Both the position numbers and the translations under genes were made by a program. A stretch of 64,000 bases of DNA, taken from positions 64,001 to 128,000 of the IMG/VR virus record IMGVR_UViG_3300036768_001490. One strand, written 5' to 3'. The stretch comes from a virus. Positions 18,168 to 27,414 of the stretch are shown in pieces. The stretch's first letter is position 1. Every line of letters begins with the position of its first letter. A model generated the notes under the pieces. The model made no database searches, had not been told where the DNA came from, and was given only the letters and a program-made list of their open reading frames with translations.

Positions 18168-21100
18168 CTAGCACTCCATCAGGTCGTCTCCCGCCGCCAG
18201 CTGGCACGCCAGCTTCCTGCTGCCATCTTGCAGCACGAACTCATGGTTGCGGGTGCATACCAGCGTGGCTCCGTCCGCCAGCTCGACCTCCACCAGCGTG
18301 GACGCGGGCACCCGGTAGTGGAACCAGTCCGTGACGGCGTACCAGCCTGCCTCCTGGCCCTCCAGGCCCCGCGCGCGGACGCGCAGAGGCAGACGTCCCT
18401 CCACCACCTGCCGGATCGTCCGCGGCCCCTGGTCCGTGTGCAACACGGTGTCGCCCAGGAAGCAGCCCATTTCCCCTCCCTTGGACGGGCTCTCGTCCAG
18501 GGAGTACGCGCCCCCGCCGCGGCCCTGGCCCTTGGAATTGCCGGACAGCATCGGCTTGCCGTTGCGACGGACATACAGCAGACCTGTCTCCATTTCCGCG
18601 CAGTAGACGATGCCGTTGTAGTCCTTGGTCCAGAAACGGCCCTCGCCCGGACCGGCCCAGGCATCGGTGCGCTCCGGCACCACGCGGCAGACCCAGGAGG
18701 GCAGGAAGTGGGAACTGGGCCCGGGCGGCCGCCGCTGCACGATGGCGCCAAGTCCCGCCCGGATGAACAGCTCCTGGAAATCGTCCGCCAGGCCCCGGGA
18801 CAGGGACACGTAGCCCAGGCGCCGCCCCGCCTCGTCCCTGCCGCAGCTAGCCAGCCAGGCGGCACAGGTCCGGCGCAGCACGTCCGGCGGCTGCTCCAGC
18901 AAGTGGCGTGGCAGGCGCTTGGAGCGGGCATGCCCGCCGTACCGCCGCAGGTGTTGCGCAAGAGGACGGTGCGCCAGGACGTAACCCTTACCGGGGACGT
19001 ACTCCCACGGCAGGGCCAGACGTTGCAGCAGCTCCTCCAGCGCCGCAGCCCGCGCCGGCCCGTCGCCCGGCTTTTGCCCACGGACGAAGAAGGTGACGTC
19101 CGCGCGCCGCGGCGTCACCCGGGCATGGCCCGCGCCGGCCCACCAGCCGACCAGCTCGGCGTAGTCCCCGCAGTCCATCTCCTGGCCGCACACGAGCAGT
19201 CTGGCAGCGCAGACCTGGCCATTCTCCACTGGCCAGCCAAACTGGGGCACGCGGAAGCGGCGGCCATGCACCTCCTGCGCCGGCAGCAGGGCGCACACCG
19301 GGTCGGGACACTGGCCCAGGTCCGCGTACAGGCGGTGGTTTCCCGTGACCAGGTAGTCGAGGTCGCGGCTCGTGAAGCCGTACAGGGTGCCACGGAAGGA
19401 AGCCCGGATGAGGCGCAGCGGCCGCTCGAACACCAGCCGGCCGCCACGCACCGTGGCCAGCTCGTCGTCGCAGCGCACCTGGGGCCAGGGCACCCAGCCA
19501 CGGGCAGTCAGGGCCTCCGTGGCGGCATCGAAGCACTCCGCCGTGTGGTGCAGCTTCATGAAGAAGCGGTTGCCGGTAGCGATCCCGCGGACCTTCATGT
19601 CCCTTTCCGGCCAGAAGATGTCCTCGGTGTCCTTCAGGCCGTGCCGCTCCAGCTGCCGCCGCACCCAGGCGGTCATGTCCTCCTCGCCCTCGAAATCAGT
19701 CACCTTGATGGGGCGTCCCAGCTTCCGGGCCAGCTTGCCCAGCATGGCCTCCGCGATCTGGGCCGGGTTGACACGGGTGATGACGCCGAGCGGGTTCAGC
19801 AGGACTTCCAAAGGCTCGCCGTCCTCGCCCCGCGGCATCAGGCTGTCTGGCACAATGGCGGCGACCACGCCCTTGTCCCCGTAGCGCCCGGACATCTTGT
19901 CGCCGACCTGCATTGGCTCGACGGACTTGACCACGACGACCGGCCCGCTCTTGCTCCAGACCACGTCGGTGACGACGCCCGGCTGGTGGTGCTTCCACAG
20001 CACGCTCTCGTCGTTGTACCCAGGCTGCTTCTTCCGGTGGACCTTGTTCTGTGCATGCTCCCGCTGCCGCGCCGCCAAGATGAGCGGGTCGCCGTACTGG
20101 ACGACCGTGCCCGGCTTGACCGTGCCGTCGTCGTTGATGGTGTCCAGCACCTTCCGCTCGAACTTCTGGGGAAAGAGGCCGATGAAATCGCGCTTGCCCA
20201 GCTTGTGTCGGTCGCTCACCTCCAGACTGTGCTGGTACATGTGCTCGGACGACATCTTCTTGGCCATGCCCTCGGAGATCACGACGGCGTCCTCGTAGTT
20301 GTACCCCAGGTAGGGCCAGTAGGCCACGCGGGCATTGACCCCCAGGGCCATCGCGCCGTTGTTGTCCGTGTAGTTGCTCCGGGCCAAAAGCTGGCCGCGT
20401 CGGAAGTTGTCGCCTGGTCGGACCAGGGGGATCTGGTGGATGAACGTCTTGCGGTTGAATGGATAGTTGTCGTACAGCTCGATCTCTTCCTTCCGGCCAT
20501 CCGCGTACTGGACCTTGATTACTCCGTCACGGACGTCGATGACCCGTCCGTCCGCACCAGCCTCCACTGCGCCAAGGTGCTTGCCGTACTCTTCCTCAAA
20601 AGATCTCTTCCCCTTGGACTCTGGTGTGCCGGATTGTACAAGCGGAGCCTCGGCGGCGATGAGAGGAAGGGCCTGCGTAATGTAGCGGCTGCCCATCGCC
20701 ACGCGCTGTCCCTTGACCATGCTTTTAAGCGGCACCAGGTTGCCCAGAGGGCTGAACGTGTCCTCGAAATGAGGGATGACAAAGTCGATGTCTTTCTTGC
20801 GCACATAGGACAGTTTGCCTCCCTTCATCACAGGCACGCGCTTGCTGTCCCAGCGGAGGACGTCCGGCGTGGCCACGGCCGCGTCGGCCAGGTCGCGCGG
20901 CCCCTTCCAGACCAGCTTTCCCCTCCGGTCGAGCAGCTGCACGTACAAGCTGCCGTCACTCCCCTTGCGCGCACCCCGGGCCACATGCAGGTCCACGCCT
21001 GCCCGGAAGCTGTTACCAGACCAGTGACCCGGAGTGCCGTCCCGGCGGACGTAGAGAAGTCCGCCCGGCACCGTGGCGCAGTAGACGGGGCCGTCGTAGT

Positions 21101-23258
21101 CCAGCCGGTAGTAGGACGCTGGCGATGCGCCCCATTCCTCGTCGCCAGCATAGAGGCGGACGCGGTGCCGGCGCCGCTGCCCGTCCGGCTCAGGACGCAG
21201 CACGCTGGGGATGCCCAGCGTGAAGGCCAGCAGGACCATCTGCTTGGCCAGGGCCAGGCTGCTAGACTGGAACTGGACGAACCGGCCGTGCCGGTCCTTC
21301 CTTCCACCGGCCAGCAGCAGGACCGCGTACAGGCGGCGGCGGGACTCCAGGCTGCCGGCCAGCAGACAATCCGGCAGCCTGCGGCCGTGTGGACCGTCCA
21401 GCTCCCGGCAGAGACCGGCCAGGCGCCTGTCCTCCAACACGAAGACCTGGCCGGCCGCGTCATACTCCCAGACAAGTCCCAGGCGCGTCAGCAGGGCGGT
21501 GAGCCGCGCGTGCTGGGAACGGTACGCTTGCGGACGGCAAGACAGGCGCAGCCTGTCCGGGTTGATGACGTCTTCCTCCTGGTCAGCCGTCCCGGCCGCG
21601 GCCGTGTACCAGCAGACCAGCTCCGCCCAATCCTCCGCCGACCCGGGCCGACCCGAGGTCCACTCCTCCCAGGCACCGTATAGATCATCGCCGCGGTAGC
21701 AGGGACCGCCGCCGAGATGGAGGCGGGGCCGGCCAAAGGCTGCCGCGGCCGTCTCTTCCTGGTAAGTCCCGTCCGCCTGGCCGCGCGGCCGCACCCACAG
21801 GCGATGGTCCGGCGTGACCAGATAGCTCAGCAGCCGCGTCCGCACACCCAGCAGCTTGCCACGGTAATGGCCACAGTGCAGCTGCGTGGGCCGGTGCCAC
21901 TCCACGGTGCCACCGACCAGGCAGGCCAGCTCGTCCTTCTGGGCCACTTCCGGCCACGCCTTCCAGCCGGAGCGAGTCATCACCTCGGTCCGGGCGTCGT
22001 AGCACTCCGGCGTGCGCAGCGGGTCGATGAAGCCCAGGTGCGACGGCTGCACGGAGCGGGCCTCGTCCGGAATGGAGTCGATGTTCGGGATGCCGCCCTC
22101 TCCCATGCGCGTGATCCGCGTCTGCTTGTCAAACACTTCCGCCGGGTTGATCTCCTCCAGCGCCTCTGCCAGGCCGCTGCCCAGCAAGACCTCCTCGATC
22201 TGAGGCGTCAGGGCACCGCTCGGCATCTTGTCCAGCGAGCCGGCCAGGGAGACCTTGCGGAACAGCTGCGCCAGGGTCCGGCCGTGGTCGCGGGCGATGC
22301 GCTCGGCGAACATGTCCTCGGGACCGAGGAAGACCTGGTAAGCCAGGTGGTCGCGGTCGTCCGGGTCGGTTTCCCGGCGGCTGACCTGGAGCAGCTTCTG
22401 CGTGGCCTTGAGGATGACCTCCTTGCTGAGCCGGTCATACGGCTGCCCCAGGGTGTGGCGGGTGACTTCCGGGTCCAGCTCCATCGCCTGGAACTTGGCG
22501 ACCAGCTTTTGCCGTTCGCTGCCCTCGTCCCCGTCCCGCTCGTTCTTCCGCAGCAGGCGGTCGGCCAGTTTTCGCATGGTCCCCCGGTCGGGATACTGGG
22601 CATTGGCGGCGTACAGATCGTTGCCCCAGTAGGCCCGCACCTCCCGGTCGGTGGCCCCCATAGCTTGCAGCAGCGGCAGTAGCGGCATCTCCGCCTGGCC
22701 CAGGCGGATCTTGAACAATCCCTTTTCTGGGTCCAGGAAGTAACGGTGCGAGACGCCCTTCCCTGGCAGCACGTTGACGTGGCTTTCCAGCTCCCCGTTG
22801 TCCTTGATGCGGGTGAAGATGCCCGGCCGCAGCCGTTGCTGGTGGCTGACCGTGTACTCGTTGCCCCGGTGGATGAACGTCCCCAGGCTGGACAGATAGG
22901 GCACGCGCGCGATGACCTGGGTGCGACGTTGTAGCTCCTTGCCAGTGGCCGAGTCCTCCAGCACCCAGGTGCCCTGCAAGCGCCGGGCCAGCGTGCCGCC
23001 CGTGAGAACGGCCTGCTTGCGCTGACGGCGAGAGAAGCGCTCCGGGTCGGCCCACTTCACGTCGGTCAGGCGCAGACGGTGCTTGCCGTCATCCAGCGGA
23101 GCAATGGACTGGGCGGCATGGAGCACGTTGTCGTAGAGGGAACGGCGCGTGGCATCGGTGTCGCCAAAGGCGCGCAATGCCGGCAGAGGTGACGGCGGAG
23201 CCGCGCCGGCGCCGGCGAGCACGGCGTCGGCCCTCGTTGGTGGCAGTAGCGACGACAC
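18168..23258 (-). CDS. rpoB: RNA polymerase beta subunit with two cis inteins and terminal IntN
   Basis: GTFIHRGNEY, DDRDHL, RSVQPSHLGFIDPLRTPE, GYNYEDAVVISE, GDKMSGRYGDKG, NPLGVITRVN; likely GTG start 23258 after AAGGAAGGGG. Confidence 0.93.
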   Translation of the reverse strand: MSSLLPPTRADAVLAGAGAAPPSPLPALRAFGDTDATRRSLYDNVLHAAQSIAPLDDGKHRLRLTDVKWADPERFSRRQRKQAVLTGGTLARRLQGTWVLEDSATGKELQRRTQVIARVPYLSSLGTFIHRGNEYTVSHQQRLRPGIFTRIKDNGELESHVNVLPGKGVSHRYFLDPEKGLFKIRLGQAEMPLLPLLQAMGATDREVRAYWGNDLYAANAQYPDRGTMRKLADRLLRKNERDGDEGSERQKLVAKFQAMELDPEVTRHTLGQPYDRLSKEVILKATQKLLQVSRRETDPDDRDHLAYQVFLGPEDMFAERIARDHGRTLAQLFRKVSLAGSLDKMPSGALTPQIEEVLLGSGLAEALEEINPAEVFDKQTRITRMGEGGIPNIDSIPDEARSVQPSHLGFIDPLRTPECYDARTEVMTRSGWKAWPEVAQKDELACLVGGTVEWHRPTQLHCGHYRGKLLGVRTRLLSYLVTPDHRLWVRPRGQADGTYQEETAAAAFGRPRLHLGGGPCYRGDDLYGAWEEWTSGRPGSAEDWAELVCWYTAAAGTADQEEDVINPDRLRLSCRPQAYRSQHARLTALLTRLGLVWEYDAAGQVFVLEDRRLAGLCRELDGPHGRRLPDCLLAGSLESRRRLYAVLLLAGGRKDRHGRFVQFQSSSLALAKQMVLLAFTLGIPSVLRPEPDGQRRRHRVRLYAGDEEWGASPASYYRLDYDGPVYCATVPGGLLYVRRDGTPGHWSGNSFRAGVDLHVARGARKGSDGSLYVQLLDRRGKLVWKGPRDLADAAVATPDVLRWDSKRVPVMKGGKLSYVRKKDIDFVIPHFEDTFSPLGNLVPLKSMVKGQRVAMGSRYITQALPLIAAEAPLVQSGTPESKGKRSFEEEYGKHLGAVEAGADGRVIDVRDGVIKVQYADGRKEEIELYDNYPFNRKTFIHQIPLVRPGDNFRRGQLLARSNYTDNNGAMALGVNARVAYWPYLGYNYEDAVVISEGMAKKMSSEHMYQHSLEVSDRHKLGKRDFIGLFPQKFERKVLDTINDDGTVKPGTVVQYGDPLILAARQREHAQNKVHRKKQPGYNDESVLWKHHQPGVVTDVVWSKSGPVVVVKSVEPMQVGDKMSGRYGDKGVVAAIVPDSLMPRGEDGEPLEVLLNPLGVITRVNPAQIAEAMLGKLARKLGRPIKVTDFEGEEDMTAWVRRQLERHGLKDTEDIFWPERDMKVRGIATGNRFFMKLHHTAECFDAATEALTARGWVPWPQVRCDDELATVRGGRLVFERPLRLIRASFRGTLYGFTSRDLDYLVTGNHRLYADLGQCPDPVCALLPAQEVHGRRFRVPQFGWPVENGQVCAARLLVCGQEMDCGDYAELVGWWAGAGHARVTPRRADVTFFVRGQKPGDGPARAAALEELLQRLALPWEYVPGKGYVLAHRPLAQHLRRYGGHARSKRLPRHLLEQPPDVLRRTCAAWLASCGRDEAGRRLGYVSLSRGLADDFQELFIRAGLGAIVQRRPPGPSSHFLPSWVCRVVPERTDAWAGPGEGRFWTKDYNGIVYCAEMETGLLYVRRNGKPMLSGNSKGQGRGGGAYSLDESPSKGGEMGCFLGDTVLHTDQGPRTIRQVVEGRLPLRVRARGLEGQEAGWYAVTDWFHYRVPASTLVEVELADGATLVCTRNHEFVLQDGSRKLACQLAAGDDLMEC
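18171..18464 (-). mobile_element. Split-intein N-fragment (IntN, 98 aa)
   Basis: CFLGDT start, CTRNH block B, LACQLAAGDDL, then TAG; no terminal Asn. Confidence 0.88.
18537..19535 (-). mobile_element. Intein (333 aa) with degenerate LAGLIDADG region
   Basis: CFDAATE...VTGNH...GLLYVRRNGKPMLSGN/S; removal restores KLHHTAE-SKGQGR. Confidence 0.92.
21012..22004 (-). mobile_element. Intein (331 aa) with degenerate LAGLIDADG region
   Basis: CYDARTE...VTPDH...GLLYVRRDGTPGHWSGN/S; removal restores RTPE-SFRAG. Confidence 0.92.
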
Positions 23259-23298
23259 GGCTTGCCCCTTCCTTGCCAAGTCACCTTCCCGTCCGCCG

Positions 23299-24297
23299 CT
23301 ACCGTGTCCGGCCGGACGGAGCGCGGCCATGTCCCCCTTCTGTCCCGGCAGGCACTGGCGGCACCATGACCGGCTCGGGAATGGCGTAGATCGCGTCCGG
23401 CTGCTGCTCGAACAGGCGCCGCTGCTGGCGACGCAAGGCGTTCTCCAGGAGCTTCCGCCGCGAACGCTTCTCTATCCGGTCGTACACGATGGCCCCCGTC
23501 AGCAAGGCGCTGAGGCCGGCATAGGCCCCATAAATGCCGGGAAGGCGCTCCAGGAAGCCGGGAATGCGATCCATGAGGCCGCCGATGTCCAGTGCCTCCT
23601 TTTCCAGGGAAGTGCCCAGCAGCTGCTGCATCCTGCCCCACAGTGCGTCGAGCGCCTTGCCGACCTTGACCATGTCCGGCTCGTCCTTCTCCTGGCCACG
23701 GTCGGCGGCCTTCTTGGGAGAAACGCCAGGCAGCGACTCCAGGGGCTCGTCGTACTGCGCGAGAATGGCCTGGCGGAACTCACGCCGCGCCTTGCTCAGC
23801 TCCTCCTCGTTTTCCCGCCGCCGCTGCTCCCGGAGCAGGTTCGTCAGGCCACCGTAGCCCAGGCCGAAGCCGCCGAGCGCGGCGGCGAACATGGCGGGGT
23901 AGTACCAGGGGAAGCCACCCTTGGAACGGGGCGGCGACACCTCCACCTGCACCTTCTCCACCTGCCCCTCCTTCACCTGCCCCTGCGGGGACTCCTCCAC
24001 CGGGTAGGGCAGCGGCAGCAGGGCAGGCCCCCAGCGCCGACGCTTGCGCTGCTTCGAGCGCATCATGTTGTACATGCCCACCGCGCTGGCGCCGGCGGCG
24101 CCGATGCCCAACGAGGCAAGGCCCAGTTTGCGGATGTCCTGCAATGCCTCGTCCTGGAGCTTGGACAGCTTCAGCCGCTTCACCGCGTTGACGAAGTTCT
24201 GCACGTCGTCCGGCGTGACATTCATCCCTTGCTTACTGGCGATTTCTTTCACCTGTGACGGGGAGAGAAAATTCGCGTTGCTGCGGAGGCCAAACAT
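23299..24297 (-). CDS. Three Gly-zipper helices with K-x-A sites (putative virion membrane-active protein)
   Basis: 332 aa; LGIGAAGASAVG, ALGGFGLGYGG, GAYAGLSALLTG; PKKAA, LEKEA. Confidence 0.75.
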   Translation of the reverse strand: MFGLRSNANFLSPSQVKEIASKQGMNVTPDDVQNFVNAVKRLKLSKLQDEALQDIRKLGLASLGIGAAGASAVGMYNMMRSKQRKRRRWGPALLPLPYPVEESPQGQVKEGQVEKVQVEVSPPRSKGGFPWYYPAMFAAALGGFGLGYGGLTNLLREQRRRENEEELSKARREFRQAILAQYDEPLESLPGVSPKKAADRGQEKDEPDMVKVGKALDALWGRMQQLLGTSLEKEALDIGGLMDRIPGFLERLPGIYGAYAGLSALLTGAIVYDRIEKRSRRKLLENALRRQQRRLFEQQPDAIYAIPEPVMVPPVPAGTEGGHGRAPSGRTR

Positions 24298-24667
24298 GTC
24301 CTAACTCCACTGTCTTGTCACTCAAGAACGGCGTGCGCGTGCCATCTTCCAGGTAATACTCAAACCACTCGACGTAATGCTTGGTGGTCCCGCGCCAGAA
24401 TCGTTCCAGGTAAAACAGCTGAAACCAGCCGTTGCCGCAACACTCCATGACGTCGCAGAACAGCTTGTTCTCCCGAGGCACGGTCACGTCAAAGAACGCA
24501 TTGCGGAAGTCCGAGACCTTGACGACGCGAGCCTCGTACTCGTCCTCGGGCAGCACGGGCGCGGTCGGCCCACGGAACGGCAGGCCGTCCACAGACGACC
24601 TGCCCCACCAGAGCCGCTGCCCGGCGCTGTGCGTCCGGTTGCTGAACTTGACCAGGCTGGAAGGCAT
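24233..24667 (-). CDS. Hypothetical protein
   Basis: 144 aa, aromatic-rich; overlaps next gene by 65 nt. Confidence 0.6.
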   Translation of the reverse strand: MPSSLVKFSNRTHSAGQRLWWGRSSVDGLPFRGPTAPVLPEDEYEARVVKVSDFRNAFFDVTVPRENKLFCDVMECCGNGWFQLFYLERFWRGTTKHYVEWFEYYLEDGTRTPFLSDKTVELGHVWPPQQREFSLPVTGERNRQ

Positions 24668-24685
24668 GGACGACGCTCGCGGGTT

Positions 24686-25096
24686 CTAGGGGAAGACACG
24701 CCCCGTCTTCCGCTTCTTCTTGGCATAGTCCTTGATGGCCCGCCGGCGGCGGAGGGCTTCCGTCTCCCGCTTGTACGCCTCCACCAGCTCCATGTTCTTG
24801 ACTTCCTCGATGTCCTGGTAGTCGATGTCGGTGGCGCGAGACAGGGCGTAACCGCCGATGCCGCCAATGATGGGCGGAGCAGCCAGAGCCAGCGGTAGGC
24901 CGTACATGAACAAGCCCTTTGCGACCCCCTCGCCCAGGCCGTACAACTTGTCCAGCATGCCCGTGATGAAGGCGCGCTTCTCCAGCAGGTCGTTGGCTGC
25001 CTGGACCCGTTCCAGCATCTGCGCCGGTGTCAGCTGCTCTTCCACACAGCGGGAGAGGAAGCCGACCTTGAAAGCCTCCCTGGCAGAAAGCGCCAT
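24686..25096 (-). CDS. Small Gly-zipper membrane protein with LEKRA site
   Basis: AFKVGFLSRC leader, PPIIGGIGGYAL helix. Confidence 0.75.
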   Translation of the reverse strand: MALSAREAFKVGFLSRCVEEQLTPAQMLERVQAANDLLEKRAFITGMLDKLYGLGEGVAKGLFMYGLPLALAAPPIIGGIGGYALSRATDIDYQDIEEVKNMELVEAYKRETEALRRRRAIKDYAKKKRKTGRVFP

Positions 25097-25119
25097 GCCC
25101 CACGTCCTTCCCATACCAT

Positions 25120-25509
25120 TTACAGCCCGCCGCCGTATCCTGGCATGACCAGGCTGAGAGGACGACGGCGCACCAGATCCCGGCGGGCACTCGCGTCCGA
25201 CGGCATCCCCTGCTGCTGGGCCTTGCGGCAGACCTCGATCATGGCATCCAGGTAGTCTTGCAGGCGCTGCCGGTTGGCCTGGTCGAACTGGTCCTCCGTG
25301 TAGGGCACGCGCCGGCTGTTGTTGAGCATGTCCTGGATGCTGCGCAGGCGGTGCAGGCAGGTGCGGACGGAAATGACCTCATACGAGTTGTCCCGCTCGT
25401 CCTCTATGTGGATAAGGCCGCGCTCGGCCCAGAAGCGGAGAGGACCCAGGCGTACCAGGTCGCCAGCGGTCCCTGTGACCGCGCCGTCCGTGAACGTGGT
25501 ACTTCCCAT
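25120..25509 (-). CDS. Hypothetical protein
   Basis: 129 aa from ATG 25509. Confidence 0.65.
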   Translation of the reverse strand: MGSTTFTDGAVTGTAGDLVRLGPLRFWAERGLIHIEDERDNSYEVISVRTCLHRLRSIQDMLNNSRRVPYTEDQFDQANRQRLQDYLDAMIEVCRKAQQQGMPSDASARRDLVRRRPLSLVMPGYGGGL

Positions 25510-25627
25510 CAGCAAGCCATCCCGTCTTGCCGGCGAAGAGGGATCGGAACCCGCCCCGGCACCGCGCCGGGGCGGGCCGTTCGCAGCCCTCCTGCACGTC
25601 GCCACACATCACGTGAGGAGGAAGCTC

Positions 25628-26035
25628 TCAGTACGGCACCCAGTTCTGTGACGGTCCGGCGGCGCCAGGCCAGCCAGCCTGGTTGAACACGTGGACCAGG
25701 CCGTCCACCAGGACAGCGACGAGCCGGAGCCACAGCTTCTTGAGGATGGGATCAATCAGTCCCGCCTCCAGGAATTCCGGCACCTTGGGAATGTCTATCG
25801 GGGCAATGACCTCGTCGTAGAACTTTGCCGCGGCCGCCAGGACGGCCTCCTTCTTGTCCGCGCCGCTGGCGCCGCGGAACTGTTCTGCCAGCAGCACCAG
25901 GAACGTCACGGCCCGGATCGCCATCGACCAGACCTCGTCCAGGGAGAGGTTGGCCGGCATGCTCTCCCGTGCGCGGGTAATGAATTTGGCCACGTGGCCA
26001 TCCATCTGCTCGGTCAGGTTGCTGTCACTGTCCAT
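25628..26035 (-). CDS. Small helical protein, possibly holin-like
   Basis: GGAGGA SD; GADKKEAVL motif and amphipathic helices; function tentative. Confidence 0.5.
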   Translation of the reverse strand: MDSDSNLTEQMDGHVAKFITRARESMPANLSLDEVWSMAIRAVTFLVLLAEQFRGASGADKKEAVLAAAAKFYDEVIAPIDIPKVPEFLEAGLIDPILKKLWLRLVAVLVDGLVHVFNQAGWPGAAGPSQNWVPY

Positions 26036-26077
26036 TGCATGTCCTCCGTCCAAGTGTCCAGTAAAGTGACCTTCGCC

Positions 26078-27304
26078 CTAGCCGCCAAAGAGCTTGGGGA
26101 CCGCGGCGCCGATGATGCCAAGGGCCACGTTTCCTAACCCGAAGGACTGGGGAGAGAAAGGCGTACCGACTAGCAAGTTGAGGACATCGCCGACCAGCAC
26201 GCCATTCATGTAATTGCCCGCCGCGTTCATGGCCAGCTGCCCCAACTGGTGGAAAGTCACCCGGCCAGGGCGCGACTGCGGGTCGGGCATCTGTTGCGCC
26301 GCGTACATGGCTCCCATCGTCGAGCCGGCCAGCCTCGGTGAGGCCCCCGACTGCCACAGCGTCTGGCCCAGCGCGTTGATGTTGACGTCATAGGTTGACG
26401 GCTGGCGCCGCGCGTCATCGCCCAGAGTGTCGGCGAAAGCCCGCTTGATGAAGAAGTCCACGGCTTTCCGGTAGGGCTCCGCCAGCGGCACGTCCGCCAG
26501 CTGGTCCGACCCTCCCTTACCCATCCACGCCGACCGCGGCGACGGAGAAGGGGAGTTGCCGCCGGCGCCCATGCTGTTGATGCGGATGTCATGAAGCTGC
26601 TGGATAGTGTCCTTCCAGGCACTGCTGGGCTGCTTGCTGGTCGTCAGGCCATCCTTGCCGGAAAGGTCTGCGTTGGACAGGGAGGCCGTGTCGTCCCCCG
26701 GCTCGCCCCGGAGCAGCTCCGGGTCGTTGAAGCGGCGGCCGGTCATCTTGTTGGTGATGCCCCACAGCAGACCAGGAGAAGCACCCACCAGACCGCCAAG
26801 GATGAGCCCCGTGGTGCCCAGGTTGTCGCCGAACTGGTCGGGCAGCACAGAGGCCAATAGCTTGCCTCCGGCCCAGCCCAGGCCGGCGCCAAGCAGGCCC
26901 GATGTCAGCATGGCAGCCAGAGGGGAAGCCTGGTTGGGCAGGCCGATGACCGGATACTGTCCGGGAAAGAAGTTCAGGGCCTCGCCGATGCGCCGCAGCA
27001 CCTTGCTATACGCGACTTTAACCCAGCGCGTGTCCGGGTCCGACAGCTCGTCCAGGGACAGGGGAGACTGCCGCACCGCCGTGCGGCCGGCCCCGTGTTC
27101 CGCCGCCAGCTTGCAGCGGGCGAAATCGGTAGCCGTTGCCTGCGGGGCAAACAGGGCCACGCGGCCGCTGTCCGCGTGGCAGTAGTAGCCGACCGGGCTC
27201 AGAGTGTAGACGCCGGCAGCGCTCTGGCGCACGTCATGGGCCAGGGCGGCGAGCTTCTCGGCCCAGGTGTCGATGGTTTCCGGCAGTTCTTCCCAGCGCA
27301 ACAT
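26078..27304 (-). CDS. Gly-zipper membrane-type protein with K-x-A sites
   Basis: GGGAGG SD; GLLGAGLGWAGG, GLILGGLVG; EKLA, VKVA, IKRA. Confidence 0.75.
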   Translation of the reverse strand: MLRWEELPETIDTWAEKLAALAHDVRQSAAGVYTLSPVGYYCHADSGRVALFAPQATATDFARCKLAAEHGAGRTAVRQSPLSLDELSDPDTRWVKVAYSKVLRRIGEALNFFPGQYPVIGLPNQASPLAAMLTSGLLGAGLGWAGGKLLASVLPDQFGDNLGTTGLILGGLVGASPGLLWGITNKMTGRRFNDPELLRGEPGDDTASLSNADLSGKDGLTTSKQPSSAWKDTIQQLHDIRINSMGAGGNSPSPSPRSAWMGKGGSDQLADVPLAEPYRKAVDFFIKRAFADTLGDDARRQPSTYDVNINALGQTLWQSGASPRLAGSTMGAMYAAQQMPDPQSRPGRVTFHQLGQLAMNAAGNYMNGVLVGDVLNLLVGTPFSPQSFGLGNVALGIIGAAVPKLFGG

Positions 27305-27414
27305 CCGTGCCTCCCACTTGGGGCCGGGAGAGTCCATTCCCAGGACCACGGCTGCCGCCCATCATAACCGGCCGCTCCTGGCCAATCCAGAGAAAAGAGG
27401 CCAGGGCAGGCCGG

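Noticed and set aside
18137-18170. Stop-codon readthrough or alternative genetic code joining the RNAP genes
   Set aside because: The two ORFs are in different frames, and TAG, TGA and TAA all end clear genes in the window
11102-21683. Long plus-strand ORFs (e.g. 753, 596 and 1182 aa)
   Set aside because: Antisense shadows of high-GC genes; no motifs, Arg/Pro/Ala-skewed
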